Shown: positions 20,174 to 29,764 of the stretch, piece by piece
Numbering within the stretch: the first letter of the stretch is position 1
Layout: each line of letters opens with the position of its first letter
DNA from: Candidatus Fermentibacterota bacterium
Lineage (GTDB): Bacteria > JAFGKV01
Reading direction: 5' to 3'
Assembly: GCA_016928395.1 (NCBI GenBank)
Contig: JAFGKV010000186.1
Coordinates: 599-64,598 of the forward strand
Length of the DNA stretch: 64,000 nucleotides
Translations under genes and position numbers: made by a program
The notes under the pieces: generated by a model
What the model saw: the letters and a program-made list of their open reading frames with translations, nothing else
Database searches by the model: none
What the model was told of the DNA's origin: nothing

Positions 20174-21336
20174 GGCACGGCTGGACCAGACGGTGTACAG
20201 GCACCGCCGGCCAATTGGCCGCATGCCGCTGCGATGTCACGACCCATGCTCTGACGCAAAGTCACGGCCCGGGGCCCGGGTTGCAGCCACTCCATGAACT
20301 GGCGCGTTCTGTGCGGCGACGATGCGCGGAACTCCCCATCGCCTGCATCGTTGAACACGATAAGGTTAATCTTGCAGGCGAGGTTGGTGGCCAGGGATGA
20401 CAAGGCCCGAGCACAGGACGGGGTATCGTTGATTCCCTCAAGAAGCACATACTCCAGGGTGATCGTTGCTTTGGTGGCCGCCGCATACTGCTTCAATGCA
20501 GGTACGACCTCGGCCAGCGGAGGGGCCTTGGGCATGAGTGAGAGCCGCAGCGACTCCCACGGGGCATTGAGACTGAGCGCAAGGCGAGGCTTCAGCCCTG
20601 ATTCGGCCAGGGCACGAATTCCGTCGGGAATACCGCAGGTGCTTACCGTGATGCGCCGGGAGGCATAGCCGAAACCGTGTTCCCAGACCAAGACGCGAAT
20701 CGCCTCGATGACCGGCCGAGGCTCCAGCAGGGGTTCTCCCATCCCCATGAACACCACATGCGTCGGCCTCGACAGCCCAGCCCCGGCCGGCTGCGGTCGT
20801 TGGATCGCCAAGAGCTGTTCCAGGATCTCTCCGGTGCCAAGGGTACGCCCGCGCCCCCGTCGCCCGGTGACGCAGAAGACGCAGGCCATGGGGCACCCTG
20901 TTTGGGAGGATAGACATACCGTGGTGCGTCGCGCCGCCGGAAGATGCACCGTCTCCACGGCGTCACCTGAAGCGAACTGCACCAGCACCTTGCATGATCC
21001 GTCTGTTGACGTGGAGGACACCTCGATGGCTGCTCTTCGGACACACCACTCCTGGGCGAGACGGCGCCTCAGCACTGCCGAAACATCGCTCATCCCGTCG
21101 ATATCTTCTACATCGTGCTGGTACAGCCACCGGGCGATCTGCGAGGCTCGGAACGGACGCTCGCCCAGTCTTTGTGCCAACTCCCCAAGCCCTGTTCTAC
21201 CCAGGTCGCGTATGTCGGCAGCGGCCGACCCCTGCCAACCCTGCTCTGCGCAATCGCCGTACGCCGGTGGGTTCTCGGTGTGTCGGCAATTCATCGAGTG
21301 CTTCGCCCTGGAGCCTATCTGCGTAGGTCCATTCAC
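20170..21336 (-). CDS. rlmN: 23S rRNA (adenine2503-C2) methyltransferase RlmN; start uncertain
   Basis: CLSSQTGCPMACVFC, VFMGMGEP, ITVST, LSLNA, EYVLL, DIAAACGQL. Confidence 0.92.
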   Translation of the reverse strand: MNGPTQIGSRAKHSMNCRHTENPPAYGDCAEQGWQGSAAADIRDLGRTGLGELAQRLGERPFRASQIARWLYQHDVEDIDGMSDVSAVLRRRLAQEWCVRRAAIEVSSTSTDGSCKVLVQFASGDAVETVHLPAARRTTVCLSSQTGCPMACVFCVTGRRGRGRTLGTGEILEQLLAIQRPQPAGAGLSRPTHVVFMGMGEPLLEPRPVIEAIRVLVWEHGFGYASRRITVSTCGIPDGIRALAESGLKPRLALSLNAPWESLRLSLMPKAPPLAEVVPALKQYAAATKATITLEYVLLEGINDTPSCARALSSLATNLACKINLIVFNDAGDGEFRASSPHRTRQFMEWLQPGPRAVTLRQSMGRDIAAACGQLAGGACTPSGPAVP

Positions 21337-23747
21337 CGTGTTGAGAGCACCAGAGCGCTCAGAGGAGGCACCTCCAGACGCACCGCTCCCGCGTACTGGT
21401 TCGCCTCACCTTCTCCCCATCGCCTGAGCAGGCGCTTCACCGCCAGACTCTGTAGGCTCACCTGGCCTGACCATTCGTGCTCCGTCAGGTTGAACGCTAT
21501 GACGGCATAGTCATCGAAGAACGCCCGAGCCATGACCAGAACGTGGTCCTCGATATGAAGCGGAAGGAAGTCACCGAAGGACAGTGCGGGGATGTCCCGC
21601 TTGAGCCGACCCAAGGCCCTCATGGATGCGAGGTGCATGTGCTCATCGGTGGATAGCTCATCGCCGAACCGCATCATCCGCCGGTTGTCAGGGTCAGCCG
21701 CACCCGGCATGCCGATCTCATCGCCATAGTAGAGCACGGGAATGCCGGGGATGGACAGGTTGAACAGGAAGAAGAGCTGCATCCGCCGGTACACGATGGG
21801 ATCGCGCACCGTCACCTCGTTCGTCCAGCCCCATCGGCGTTCGTCTGCGCCGGGAGGCATGTCGCCCTGGGCCAGGGTCACGAATCGCACCTGGTCGTGG
21901 CTACCGGTGACATTTGCCATCATGTGCAGGGGCCCGAAGGAGTCCAGCGACTGGTCCAGCTCCCGGATCACCTGGACGAACGATGCGCCGGGGCGGCCGC
22001 AGAAGAGAGGCCGGGAGGCATAGTAGAGGTTGAAATCGAACTGGCCATCCATCTCGGCGGGGCAGACATAGCTGCCCACCAGAGCACGCGAACCAAAAGT
22101 TTCTCCGATCTGGAGGAGGGGTTGGTGTGGCGAAGCCTCACGAAGCCCGGCGGTCAGTGCGCGCCAGAATCCGTGGGGAATGTGCTTGGTGGCATCGTGC
22201 CGGAATCCGTCGAGATCGAAGGTGGTGAGCCACCATGCTGCGGAGCAGACCATCGAGTCCACGCCAGGAGCGCCCAAGGAGAGATCCAAGGTCGGAAGGA
22301 ACGGGTCAAACCAGGTGGATAGGCGATGCTCGTCCCAGTGGCGCAGGTTGAGCGTACCGTCGGGCAGCGTGAGGTTCTGGAATAGACTGGGATGCTCGGT
22401 CGCCCACGGGTGATCAACATGGACATGATGCGGCACCAGATCTAGGATCACGCGGAGACCGCGGGCATGGGCCGCGGCTACCAGATCCCGCATCAGCGCG
22501 ACAGCCCCAAATCGAGACTCGATGGCGCGGTCGGCGGCCGGCCAATATCCGTGATACCCGCTATAGGCCATGGCTGCCGGAAACTCGGCATCGGGAATGG
22601 GGAGCCGGCGCGCCCCGAAGTAGGGATCAACGGATTCGGTCAGGAGCGAGTCCAGGGCCTCGACTGAGAGACCGCGCATCTCGTTCGTGTACTCCAGCGG
22701 CGAGATAGCGGCCTTCTCAGGACCCGGGTAGAGCGGACCCATCCACAGAGTACTCACACCCAACGAGTCGAAATAGCCCTCGTCCAGCGTGTGCCTCACC
22801 CCCGCCAGATCTCCGCCCTGGTAGTTGACCAGATGATGCACCCCCGGATGGCACAAAGGCCTGTCATTGGAGGGATCTCCGTTGCGGAACCGGTCAGGGA
22901 AGAGACTGTAGATGAGACTGTCGTAGAACCCCGCATCAGCCCCGGGCCGGCCGCGGGGCTGACCATGGTCCAGCCAGGTCCAGCATTCGGGCAAAGGTCG
23001 GCTCTGCGCGTCGAGACCAAGAATCCGAAGCAGGCCTCCCCCTTGGGGCGTGACCCGGAGCAGCCCCTCTTCGTAGCTGAATGGAGCTTCCAGCCCATCC
23101 AGGAGCACAAAGACTGCTTCGGGGGAATCGTCCGGGGGATACAGCGAGAAGGTCAGCGTACCATCCTGGTGGCCTGTTTTCAGGAACCGACGGGTCGAGG
23201 TACCCAGGCCGATATGAATGACCGAGTTATGGCCACCCAGCCCATCATCCACACGGTCGGGATTGGTCGGATCCGCGATCCACGAGCCGTCAACGACGAA
23301 CTTGTAATGATAGGTTCCAGGACTCAAGGCAAGGCGCGAGTGGAAGCTGCCGTCGACGCATTCCATGGGGTTGGCCGTTGCGCTCCAGCCGTTGAATGAG
23401 CCCGCAACGAACGCCGATGACGGCGCGGGTTCCTGGCACGAGTAGACCAACTCGACATCGGCCATGGGCCTGCGTTCCACCGGAATCACCATCGAGCGGC
23501 CCAAAGCTCTCAGCTGGACAAGCCCGAGCGTGCCGCCTTCACCGGCGGCGTTCAGCACCAATGAGTCGCCCTCAACGCACGCGTCGATGCCCTCTGGACA
23601 ACCTTCAACGATCCACGGACCCGGTTGCGACCAGGCCGAGAGGTCCAATGTCTCCGGCCGGGCGCCAATGAGACGAATCGTAGGCGGGAAGGGCGAGGCC
23701 GCAATAGAGGCCGTTGCCAGTACTCCCGTAAGAAACAGTCGCCACAT
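21333..23747 (-). CDS. Secreted GH13 alpha-amylase-family protein with CBM48/AMPK-type glycogen-binding domain
   Basis: GGAGGA RBS; signal peptide; VAGSFNGW and YKFVVDGSW (CBM48); DRFRNGD, GYHGYW, DGFRHDATKH, IGE, SHD, YYGDEIG. Confidence 0.88.
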   Translation of the reverse strand: MWRLFLTGVLATASIAASPFPPTIRLIGARPETLDLSAWSQPGPWIVEGCPEGIDACVEGDSLVLNAAGEGGTLGLVQLRALGRSMVIPVERRPMADVELVYSCQEPAPSSAFVAGSFNGWSATANPMECVDGSFHSRLALSPGTYHYKFVVDGSWIADPTNPDRVDDGLGGHNSVIHIGLGTSTRRFLKTGHQDGTLTFSLYPPDDSPEAVFVLLDGLEAPFSYEEGLLRVTPQGGGLLRILGLDAQSRPLPECWTWLDHGQPRGRPGADAGFYDSLIYSLFPDRFRNGDPSNDRPLCHPGVHHLVNYQGGDLAGVRHTLDEGYFDSLGVSTLWMGPLYPGPEKAAISPLEYTNEMRGLSVEALDSLLTESVDPYFGARRLPIPDAEFPAAMAYSGYHGYWPAADRAIESRFGAVALMRDLVAAAHARGLRVILDLVPHHVHVDHPWATEHPSLFQNLTLPDGTLNLRHWDEHRLSTWFDPFLPTLDLSLGAPGVDSMVCSAAWWLTTFDLDGFRHDATKHIPHGFWRALTAGLREASPHQPLLQIGETFGSRALVGSYVCPAEMDGQFDFNLYYASRPLFCGRPGASFVQVIRELDQSLDSFGPLHMMANVTGSHDQVRFVTLAQGDMPPGADERRWGWTNEVTVRDPIVYRRMQLFFLFNLSIPGIPVLYYGDEIGMPGAADPDNRRMMRFGDELSTDEHMHLASMRALGRLKRDIPALSFGDFLPLHIEDHVLVMARAFFDDYAVIAFNLTEHEWSGQVSLQSLAVKRLLRRWGEGEANQYAGAVRLEVPPLSALVLSTR

Positions 23748-24172
23748 AGAATCCTCCTCCTCGGCCAAGGGCCGCTCCAAAGCACTCGCCTCGTGAGTGC
23801 TGACGATTCATCCGACTGCGGTGCAGGGCCAAGCACTGCCCCTTCCAGACACTAGGTGCAGCGGGCGGCGGCTTTCGGCACGGACACGCCGGGTGACACA
23901 CCCATACCCGTGGTCACAGGGCGGGCATGAGGCAGCGACCGGGCCTCATCACCCTTGCACAAGGATGGATCAGACAGTAGCCTCCCCGGGCAGGTGCTGC
24001 CGCCGTCAGCGCTATCGTCTCTCGCGCCACAACCCATCGAGACTCGGCATCTTTGTCCATCAATCCTTGCGTGGGGGGTCCCTGACGGGCCCAGTCGGAT
24101 GATCGAGAGAGACCAACCCCATCTTACACTGCGGTCGAGAAAGCGGCAAGAGCCCTCAGGAGGTGTGCAAAG

Positions 24173-25147
24173 GTGGATGACCTCAGGAAAATCCCCCGCC
24201 CGGTGGCACTCCTCTTCTCCGTTGACCACGCAGCCTGGATCGCCGGCGTCCCCGCCTCCCACGCCTTTCACAGCCCCACGCGCATGGCGTCGGTGGTGCT
24301 GTACGCCCACGCCGTCTATGGTCATGACCTGGTGGTTGTCCACAGCGATGCGTTCATCCTCTTGGAGGCACTGGGAGGGGAGTGCGCCTACTCTGACGCC
24401 GGTCCCCCCGTGCTGATACGCAGACCTCCTGCGGAGTCAGAGCGTCCCATCGATCCGGAGAGGGACGGCCGCATTCCCCTACTGCTCGAGGCCGCATCCT
24501 TGGTGCGGCGGCATCTATCCGGCATGTCCGCGGTGGCAGTTTCCATTACTGGGCCCCTCACTTTGGCTGCGGGCGTAGTCGGTGAAGCAGGCTTCCTCGC
24601 GTCCCTGGGCAGCATGACGGCCCAGTATCGCACCGTCTTGGCCTGCGCCGAAGAGACTGTGGCAAATATCGCGCGGGCGGCTCGCCGGGAAGGAATGCTC
24701 GTCATGCTGGCTGAACCCCTCGCTGGCATGCTGAGTCCCTCGCTTTTTGAGGCGGAGGCGGCGCCAACGCTGCGTCGCATCCTTGCCGACGCAGAGGCCA
24801 TCGTGCACATTTGCGGCGATTGCTCGCATCTGCTCCCCCTCCTTCCCGCTGTCGGAGCATCCGCCTTCAGTCTTGATGATGTGGACATAGGTGCAGCATC
24901 GCGGACGCTCCTGGATACAACGATGCTGATGGGAGGAGTGACCCCCTTTGCCATCCGGGAGGGGCCGCCGGAGCGAGTGCGAGTTCTGGCACGGGAGGCC
25001 TGTGCCACGGGGAGTGGGTTGGTACCCTGCAGTGGTTGCGATCTTGTGTGGGATACTCCTCGGGAGAACGCCAGGGCGTTCGTGCAGGGCGCTCGGGACG
25101 CGACGAGCAATCAAGGGGAACCGGATCGCCCCCTGGCCACGCGATGA
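24173..25147 (+). CDS. Uroporphyrinogen decarboxylase family protein, MtaA/CmuA-like
   Basis: LEALG, DGRIP, GPLTLA, AEP...LSP, VHICG, CSGCD, TPRENA; AGGAGG upstream. Confidence 0.8.
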   Translation: MDDLRKIPRPVALLFSVDHAAWIAGVPASHAFHSPTRMASVVLYAHAVYGHDLVVVHSDAFILLEALGGECAYSDAGPPVLIRRPPAESERPIDPERDGRIPLLLEAASLVRRHLSGMSAVAVSITGPLTLAAGVVGEAGFLASLGSMTAQYRTVLACAEETVANIARAARREGMLVMLAEPLAGMLSPSLFEAEAAPTLRRILADAEAIVHICGDCSHLLPLLPAVGASAFSLDDVDIGAASRTLLDTTMLMGGVTPFAIREGPPERVRVLAREACATGSGLVPCSGCDLVWDTPRENARAFVQGARDATSNQGEPDRPLATR

Positions 25148-25235
25148 GGGGAGCAGGCGCATCCTTGTCTTCCCTTCGAAACCCTCGGAACGGCAGCGCT
25201 GTGCCGAATTTCCCCTGAGAATACAAGGAGCCTTG

Positions 25236-26351
25236 ATGCACGCACTGGTTACGACACGCGGCCTGCTCGGCCTGGCACTCATGCTGCCGTGCGTCTCCTT
25301 GGCGCAACCCGAGATTCCGACGGGGAAGCCTCCCGTATCCACGATGATCATACCGGAAACCCTCGCGCTGTGTGGTGAAACCCTGCCGCTGCACAGAGCC
25401 GATGTGCGAGAACGTCTGGAGCGGGAATTCTACTTCAACCTCGACCGGGAAGGCCAACTGGTGCTCTACCTCAAGCGCCTTGCCCGCACCAACCCCGTTG
25501 TCGAGCCCATCTTACGGGAGATGAACCTTCCCGACGACTTGAAGTTCGTCCCCGTGGCGGAAAGCGGCCTCGTGTTCAGGGCAGCCAGTGCTGCCGCTGC
25601 GGTGGGCTACTGGCAGTTCGTCAAGGGAACGGCACTGCGATACGGCCTTACAGTAGGAACCTATGTGGACGAACGCCGTGATCTTGCCAAGTCGACCCGT
25701 GCGGCCGGTGCCTACCTGAGAGACCTGCACACGCAGTTCGGCTCATGGGCGGTCGCGCTGGGTGCGTACAATTGGGGCGAAAACCGCATGGACCGGGCCA
25801 TTCGGGAACAAGGGACTACTTCATACTACGACCTCTACTTGCCCGATGAGACCGATCGCTTCGTGTTTCGCATCGCCTGCATGAAACTGCTGCTGGACAA
25901 TCCACAGAGGCATGACCTCTACCTGCCGGAGGAGCGCCTCTATTCGTTACCCCTGACCGATGAGGTGGAAATCCGAGCCAAGAGCTCTCTGCATATCGCG
26001 GAACTGGCGCAGGCTGCCGCGGTGTCTGCCCGCGAGTTTCGTCACTTGAATCAGTGGATGAACGCCAACACGCTGCCGGCCGGTACATACCGCTTCTCGG
26101 TTCCCCGGGGCTCTGGGCAGACCTTTGAGAACCGGCTTCGCCAGTCATCGCCGGCCCCTGCCTCGAGACCGCCCGGTTCGGCAGCGGTTCATGTAGTACG
26201 CCAGGGCGACAGCCTCACACGGATCGCCATGCGGTACGGGGTGTCGTTGGAGGATCTCGAGCGCTGGAATGGCGTCTCACGACGACACGCCATCCACCCC
26301 GGTCAACGGCTGATTGTGGGATCCCCCACATCGGGCGCAGACAAGTCGTGA
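25236..26351 (+). CDS. Lytic transglycosylase with LysM domain (MltD-like)
   Basis: VAESG, AVGYWQF, VDERRD, AYNWG, ETDRFV; C-terminal HVVRQGDSLTRIA LysM. Confidence 0.9.
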   Translation: MHALVTTRGLLGLALMLPCVSLAQPEIPTGKPPVSTMIIPETLALCGETLPLHRADVRERLEREFYFNLDREGQLVLYLKRLARTNPVVEPILREMNLPDDLKFVPVAESGLVFRAASAAAAVGYWQFVKGTALRYGLTVGTYVDERRDLAKSTRAAGAYLRDLHTQFGSWAVALGAYNWGENRMDRAIREQGTTSYYDLYLPDETDRFVFRIACMKLLLDNPQRHDLYLPEERLYSLPLTDEVEIRAKSSLHIAELAQAAAVSAREFRHLNQWMNANTLPAGTYRFSVPRGSGQTFENRLRQSSPAPASRPPGSAAVHVVRQGDSLTRIAMRYGVSLEDLERWNGVSRRHAIHPGQRLIVGSPTSGADKS

Positions 26352-26513
26352 TTTCTCCGTGCCGCAGAGAGCTCCATGCATGGAGCTCTCTTGGGAACGT
26401 TGTGCCTTTCCCAGAAGCGCTTCATACTTCGAGCCGCTCACCATTGCAGCCTGTGGAACGACCACTCCGGGAACTTCACCCAGGGCACGGGGTAGGTGGA
26501 ACCGGACGGGTTG

Positions 26514-26542
26514 TTGACAACCACACCGCCCATCACTAATGT
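26514..26542 (+). promoter_or_regulatory. Probable sigma70 promoter of the dksA-like gene
   Basis: TTGACA, 17-bp spacer, TAATGT. Confidence 0.55.
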
Positions 26543-26633
26543 CTTGGAGTGTGGCCAGACGCGCTCTGGCCACATTGCTCATGTTCTCCAACCCGCCAGC
26601 TGAGCTGACGGCTCGTCTCTGTGGGAGCGCGCC

Positions 26634-27077
26634 ATGGATCAACAGACCCTCCAGCAGATCAAAGACCGGCTCCAGGAGCGCAAGACTGAGCTCCTTCGTC
26701 TCATCAAGGAGCAGCAGGAGGAGATGGGCGCCATCCAGTCCACACGTTCTCCTGACTGGCTCGATCTCACCACCGCCACTGAGAACATCCACCTGCTGAT
26801 GACTCTTGGCGACAACGAACGTCGCGAACTCGACGACATCGAGATCGCTCTCGGCAAGATCGACGATGGAAGCTACGGCGAATGTGAGGCTTGTGGAAGA
26901 CGGATTAGGCCTGCGCGGCTCGAAGCGCTCATCACTGCCCGCCTCTGCAAGAAATGCAAGGACGAGGAGGAAGCCACGCTGCGGCCCAATGCCCCGAGCT
27001 ACAGCATCGGTTGGCGCGCCATAGAGCAGGATCCGACGCTTCTGGCCGGCGCCGGTGAGGAAGAGGAGAAGGAGTGA
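26634..27077 (+). CDS. TraR/DksA family C4 zinc-finger protein
   Basis: Coiled coil with DWLD (DxxD), YGECEAC...RLEAL...LCKKC. Confidence 0.9.
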   Translation: MDQQTLQQIKDRLQERKTELLRLIKEQQEEMGAIQSTRSPDWLDLTTATENIHLLMTLGDNERRELDDIEIALGKIDDGSYGECEACGRRIRPARLEALITARLCKKCKDEEEATLRPNAPSYSIGWRAIEQDPTLLAGAGEEEEKE

Positions 27078-27103
27078 CAGCCGTTCGGGTTGTCCGGTGA
27101 CGG

Positions 27104-27952
27104 GTGGGGAGGTTCATCAGTAGGCGGAGATTCCTCACGTATGCGGCCGGCGCAGCCGTCGGCACCGGACTCTACGGCGTGGCCTGGGAGCCTCGCCGTT
27201 TTCATATAGCAGACGAGTCGGTGGTTATCCGAGGGCTGCCTCAGGCGTTGTACGGCCTCAAGGTCGTTCACCTCTCGGACTTTCATCGTGGACACTGGGT
27301 GAGCGAGGATCACATTGGCCGAGCGGGAGACCTGGCGCGCACGCTTGACGCCGATCTGGTCGTGCTGACGGGTGACTTCGTGACGGGGCGAGCGTCCTAC
27401 GCATGGAGCTGTCTTGATGCGTTGGGAAGCATTCCTTCGCGCTTGGGTACCTTTGCTGTCATGGGAAACCATGATTGGTGGACGGACAGCACCGTAGTAC
27501 GGCGAGCCCTGGCCCGCGCCGGGGTTCACGTGCTCTCCAATGCCGCGGTTCGCATCACCCTTGACGACTCGCCGTTGTGGCTTCTCGGGGTCGAAGACAT
27601 GTGGAGTCCTGCCTTCTCGCTGGCAAAGGCCGTCTACGCCGCAGGCAGCAATGAGCCCCGGATCCTCCTGTGCCATAACCCGGATGTCTTTGCCACCGCC
27701 TCTGCCTGGGGCCTTGACCTCGTTCTCTCCGGCCACACCCATGGCGGCCAGGTGTGCCTGCCCGGCATAGGGCCGCTCCTTCTGCCGATACGAGCCGACC
27801 GACGGCTTGCCTCGGGAACCCACCGGGTCGGGCGGACCAGCATTCATGTCACCCGGGGCGTGGGAGTCGTGGCGCCTCCTGTGCGAATCAACTGCCCTCC
27901 GGAAGTGTCCCGAATCACGTTGCACCCGGAGGCCGACTATCCCGTTGCCTGA
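27104..27952 (+). CDS. Metallophosphoesterase with Tat-like signal
   Basis: SRRRFL, LSDFH, TGDF, GNHD, HNPD, SGHTHGGQ. Confidence 0.88.
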   Translation: MGRFISRRRFLTYAAGAAVGTGLYGVAWEPRRFHIADESVVIRGLPQALYGLKVVHLSDFHRGHWVSEDHIGRAGDLARTLDADLVVLTGDFVTGRASYAWSCLDALGSIPSRLGTFAVMGNHDWWTDSTVVRRALARAGVHVLSNAAVRITLDDSPLWLLGVEDMWSPAFSLAKAVYAAGSNEPRILLCHNPDVFATASAWGLDLVLSGHTHGGQVCLPGIGPLLLPIRADRRLASGTHRVGRTSIHVTRGVGVVAPPVRINCPPEVSRITLHPEADYPVA

Positions 27953-28093
27953 CCACACATGTCCTTATCCGTGGGAGGTCCACTGGAGTCCTTCTCTCAG
28001 TCCCCTCTGGCTCAGGGCACGGGGGTTTTGATGCTCCCTGGGTAGACACGTACTTTGTTTGACAGAATCTCGGTTCACGGAGGGAGCAGAAGA

Positions 28094-29572
28094 ATGCCAC
28101 CTGCCGATAGTATGCCCAGTAGGCTCAAGGTCCTTCACATCGCAAGCGAGGGCTTCCCCTTCGTCAAGACCGGGGGCCTTGCCGACGTGGTGGGGGCGCT
28201 GCCGGCGGCCCTGGCTCAAGCAGGACATGACATCAGGGTAGTGCTTCCGCTCTATGGCTGCGTAGACCGCGATGGGTTGGAGCGAATGGCCCATGCTCTG
28301 GGGGTACCTCTTGGATCCCGCGAGGAGTGGGGTGCGTCCTGGCGACGGGTTGACGGAGGGGTCACCACCTACTTCCTGGAACACGATGTCTTCTTCAACC
28401 GCCCGTGGCCGTACGGCCCTCCCGGGGGCTCGTATAGCGACAACCTGGAGCGCTTCGTGTTCCTCAGCCGGGGCGCGTTGCAACTGTGCCATGCCACGGC
28501 CTGGTTTCCCGACATCATCCATGTCCATGACTGGCATGCCGCCATCGCCCCCGTCTTTCTCAATACCGTCGAGCGCGCCACGCCCCTGGGCCGGGCAGGC
28601 AGCGTCCTTACGATTCACAACATGGATTTCCAAGGCAACTTCCCCGCCGATCAAATGCCGCACACCGGCCTGGGCTGGGAGCACTTCACGTTTCTCGATA
28701 TGGAACTCAATGGCAGAGTATCGCTGCTGAAGGGTGGCATCGCCCATTCGACACTGCTCACCACCGTCAGCCCCACCTATGCCTGGGAGATTCAGAATGA
28801 GCCCCTGGGCCGAGGTCTGGAGGGAATGGTGCGGGAGCGACGCGACCTCCTCACGGGGATTCTCAACGGCATTGACTACAGTATATGGAATCCCGAAACC
28901 GATGTGCATCTCCCCGTTCGATACTCGGCGGACACCCTGGCCTCGCGGTCTGCCTGCAAGGAGACACTTCAACGGCGGGTGGGCCTTGACCCGAAGCCCG
29001 GCACGCCACTTGTGGGAATGGTGACCCGCCTCTCCTGGCAGAAGGGTATCGATGTCGTACTGAAGGCATTGCCCCGCATTCTCGAACTGGACATGCAGAT
29101 GGTCATTCTTGGGGCGGGTGATCCGGATGCCGAAGGCGAGGTCCATCACCTCCACACAGCCTGGCCGGGCAAAGCTGCCGGTATTGTCGGCTATAGCGAG
29201 GAACTGGCCCACCAGATCTATGCGGGCAGCGATTTCTTCCTCATGCCGTCTCGATTCGAACCAGGCGGATTGGGGCAACTCTATGCCCTGCGCTACGGCT
29301 CGCTTCCCATCGTGCGCGCCACCGGGGGCCTGGTCGATACCGTGACTTCCTACGATGAAGCAAGCGGCCACGGCACAGGGTTCTCGTTCAACGACCTTAG
29401 CCCCGAAGCCCTCTTCGATGTCGTCGGCTGGGCTCTGTGGGCCTACTACGACCGCCCTACCCACATAGAGGCCATGCGCCGCGCGGCAATGAGCACCCGC
29501 TTCACATGGGAGACGGCGGCCAACCGCTATCTCGATGTATATCGTCGAGCACTTCGCCTGCGCAGGGGATAG
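28094..29572 (+). CDS. glgA: Glycogen synthase
   Basis: KTGGLADV, HVHDWH, LTIHN, TVSPTYA, QKG, PSRFEPGGL, TGGLVDTV. Confidence 0.95.
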   Translation: MPPADSMPSRLKVLHIASEGFPFVKTGGLADVVGALPAALAQAGHDIRVVLPLYGCVDRDGLERMAHALGVPLGSREEWGASWRRVDGGVTTYFLEHDVFFNRPWPYGPPGGSYSDNLERFVFLSRGALQLCHATAWFPDIIHVHDWHAAIAPVFLNTVERATPLGRAGSVLTIHNMDFQGNFPADQMPHTGLGWEHFTFLDMELNGRVSLLKGGIAHSTLLTTVSPTYAWEIQNEPLGRGLEGMVRERRDLLTGILNGIDYSIWNPETDVHLPVRYSADTLASRSACKETLQRRVGLDPKPGTPLVGMVTRLSWQKGIDVVLKALPRILELDMQMVILGAGDPDAEGEVHHLHTAWPGKAAGIVGYSEELAHQIYAGSDFFLMPSRFEPGGLGQLYALRYGSLPIVRATGGLVDTVTSYDEASGHGTGFSFNDLSPEALFDVVGWALWAYYDRPTHIEAMRRAAMSTRFTWETAANRYLDVYRRALRLRRG

Positions 29573-29764
29573 CGGGGAGATAGCTCGAGCCCGGAGGCAG
29601 GGCCGTCACACACTGGTTGACGCAGTTGCGGTTCGCCGTAGGCATCGAGAAGTTGTCATGACAGAAGAGTACGGGTGCGGAGTGCTGCCATTGCGCACTC
29701 CCCAGGTACAGCCCGTGATGGAGCAACGACTCTGACCGGGGGGTAACATGAGACGCCTGGTTGT

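Noticed and set aside
23750-24172. Cobalamin or c-di-GMP riboswitch in the divergent intergenic region
   Set aside because: No B12-box or GEMM consensus recognisable on either strand.
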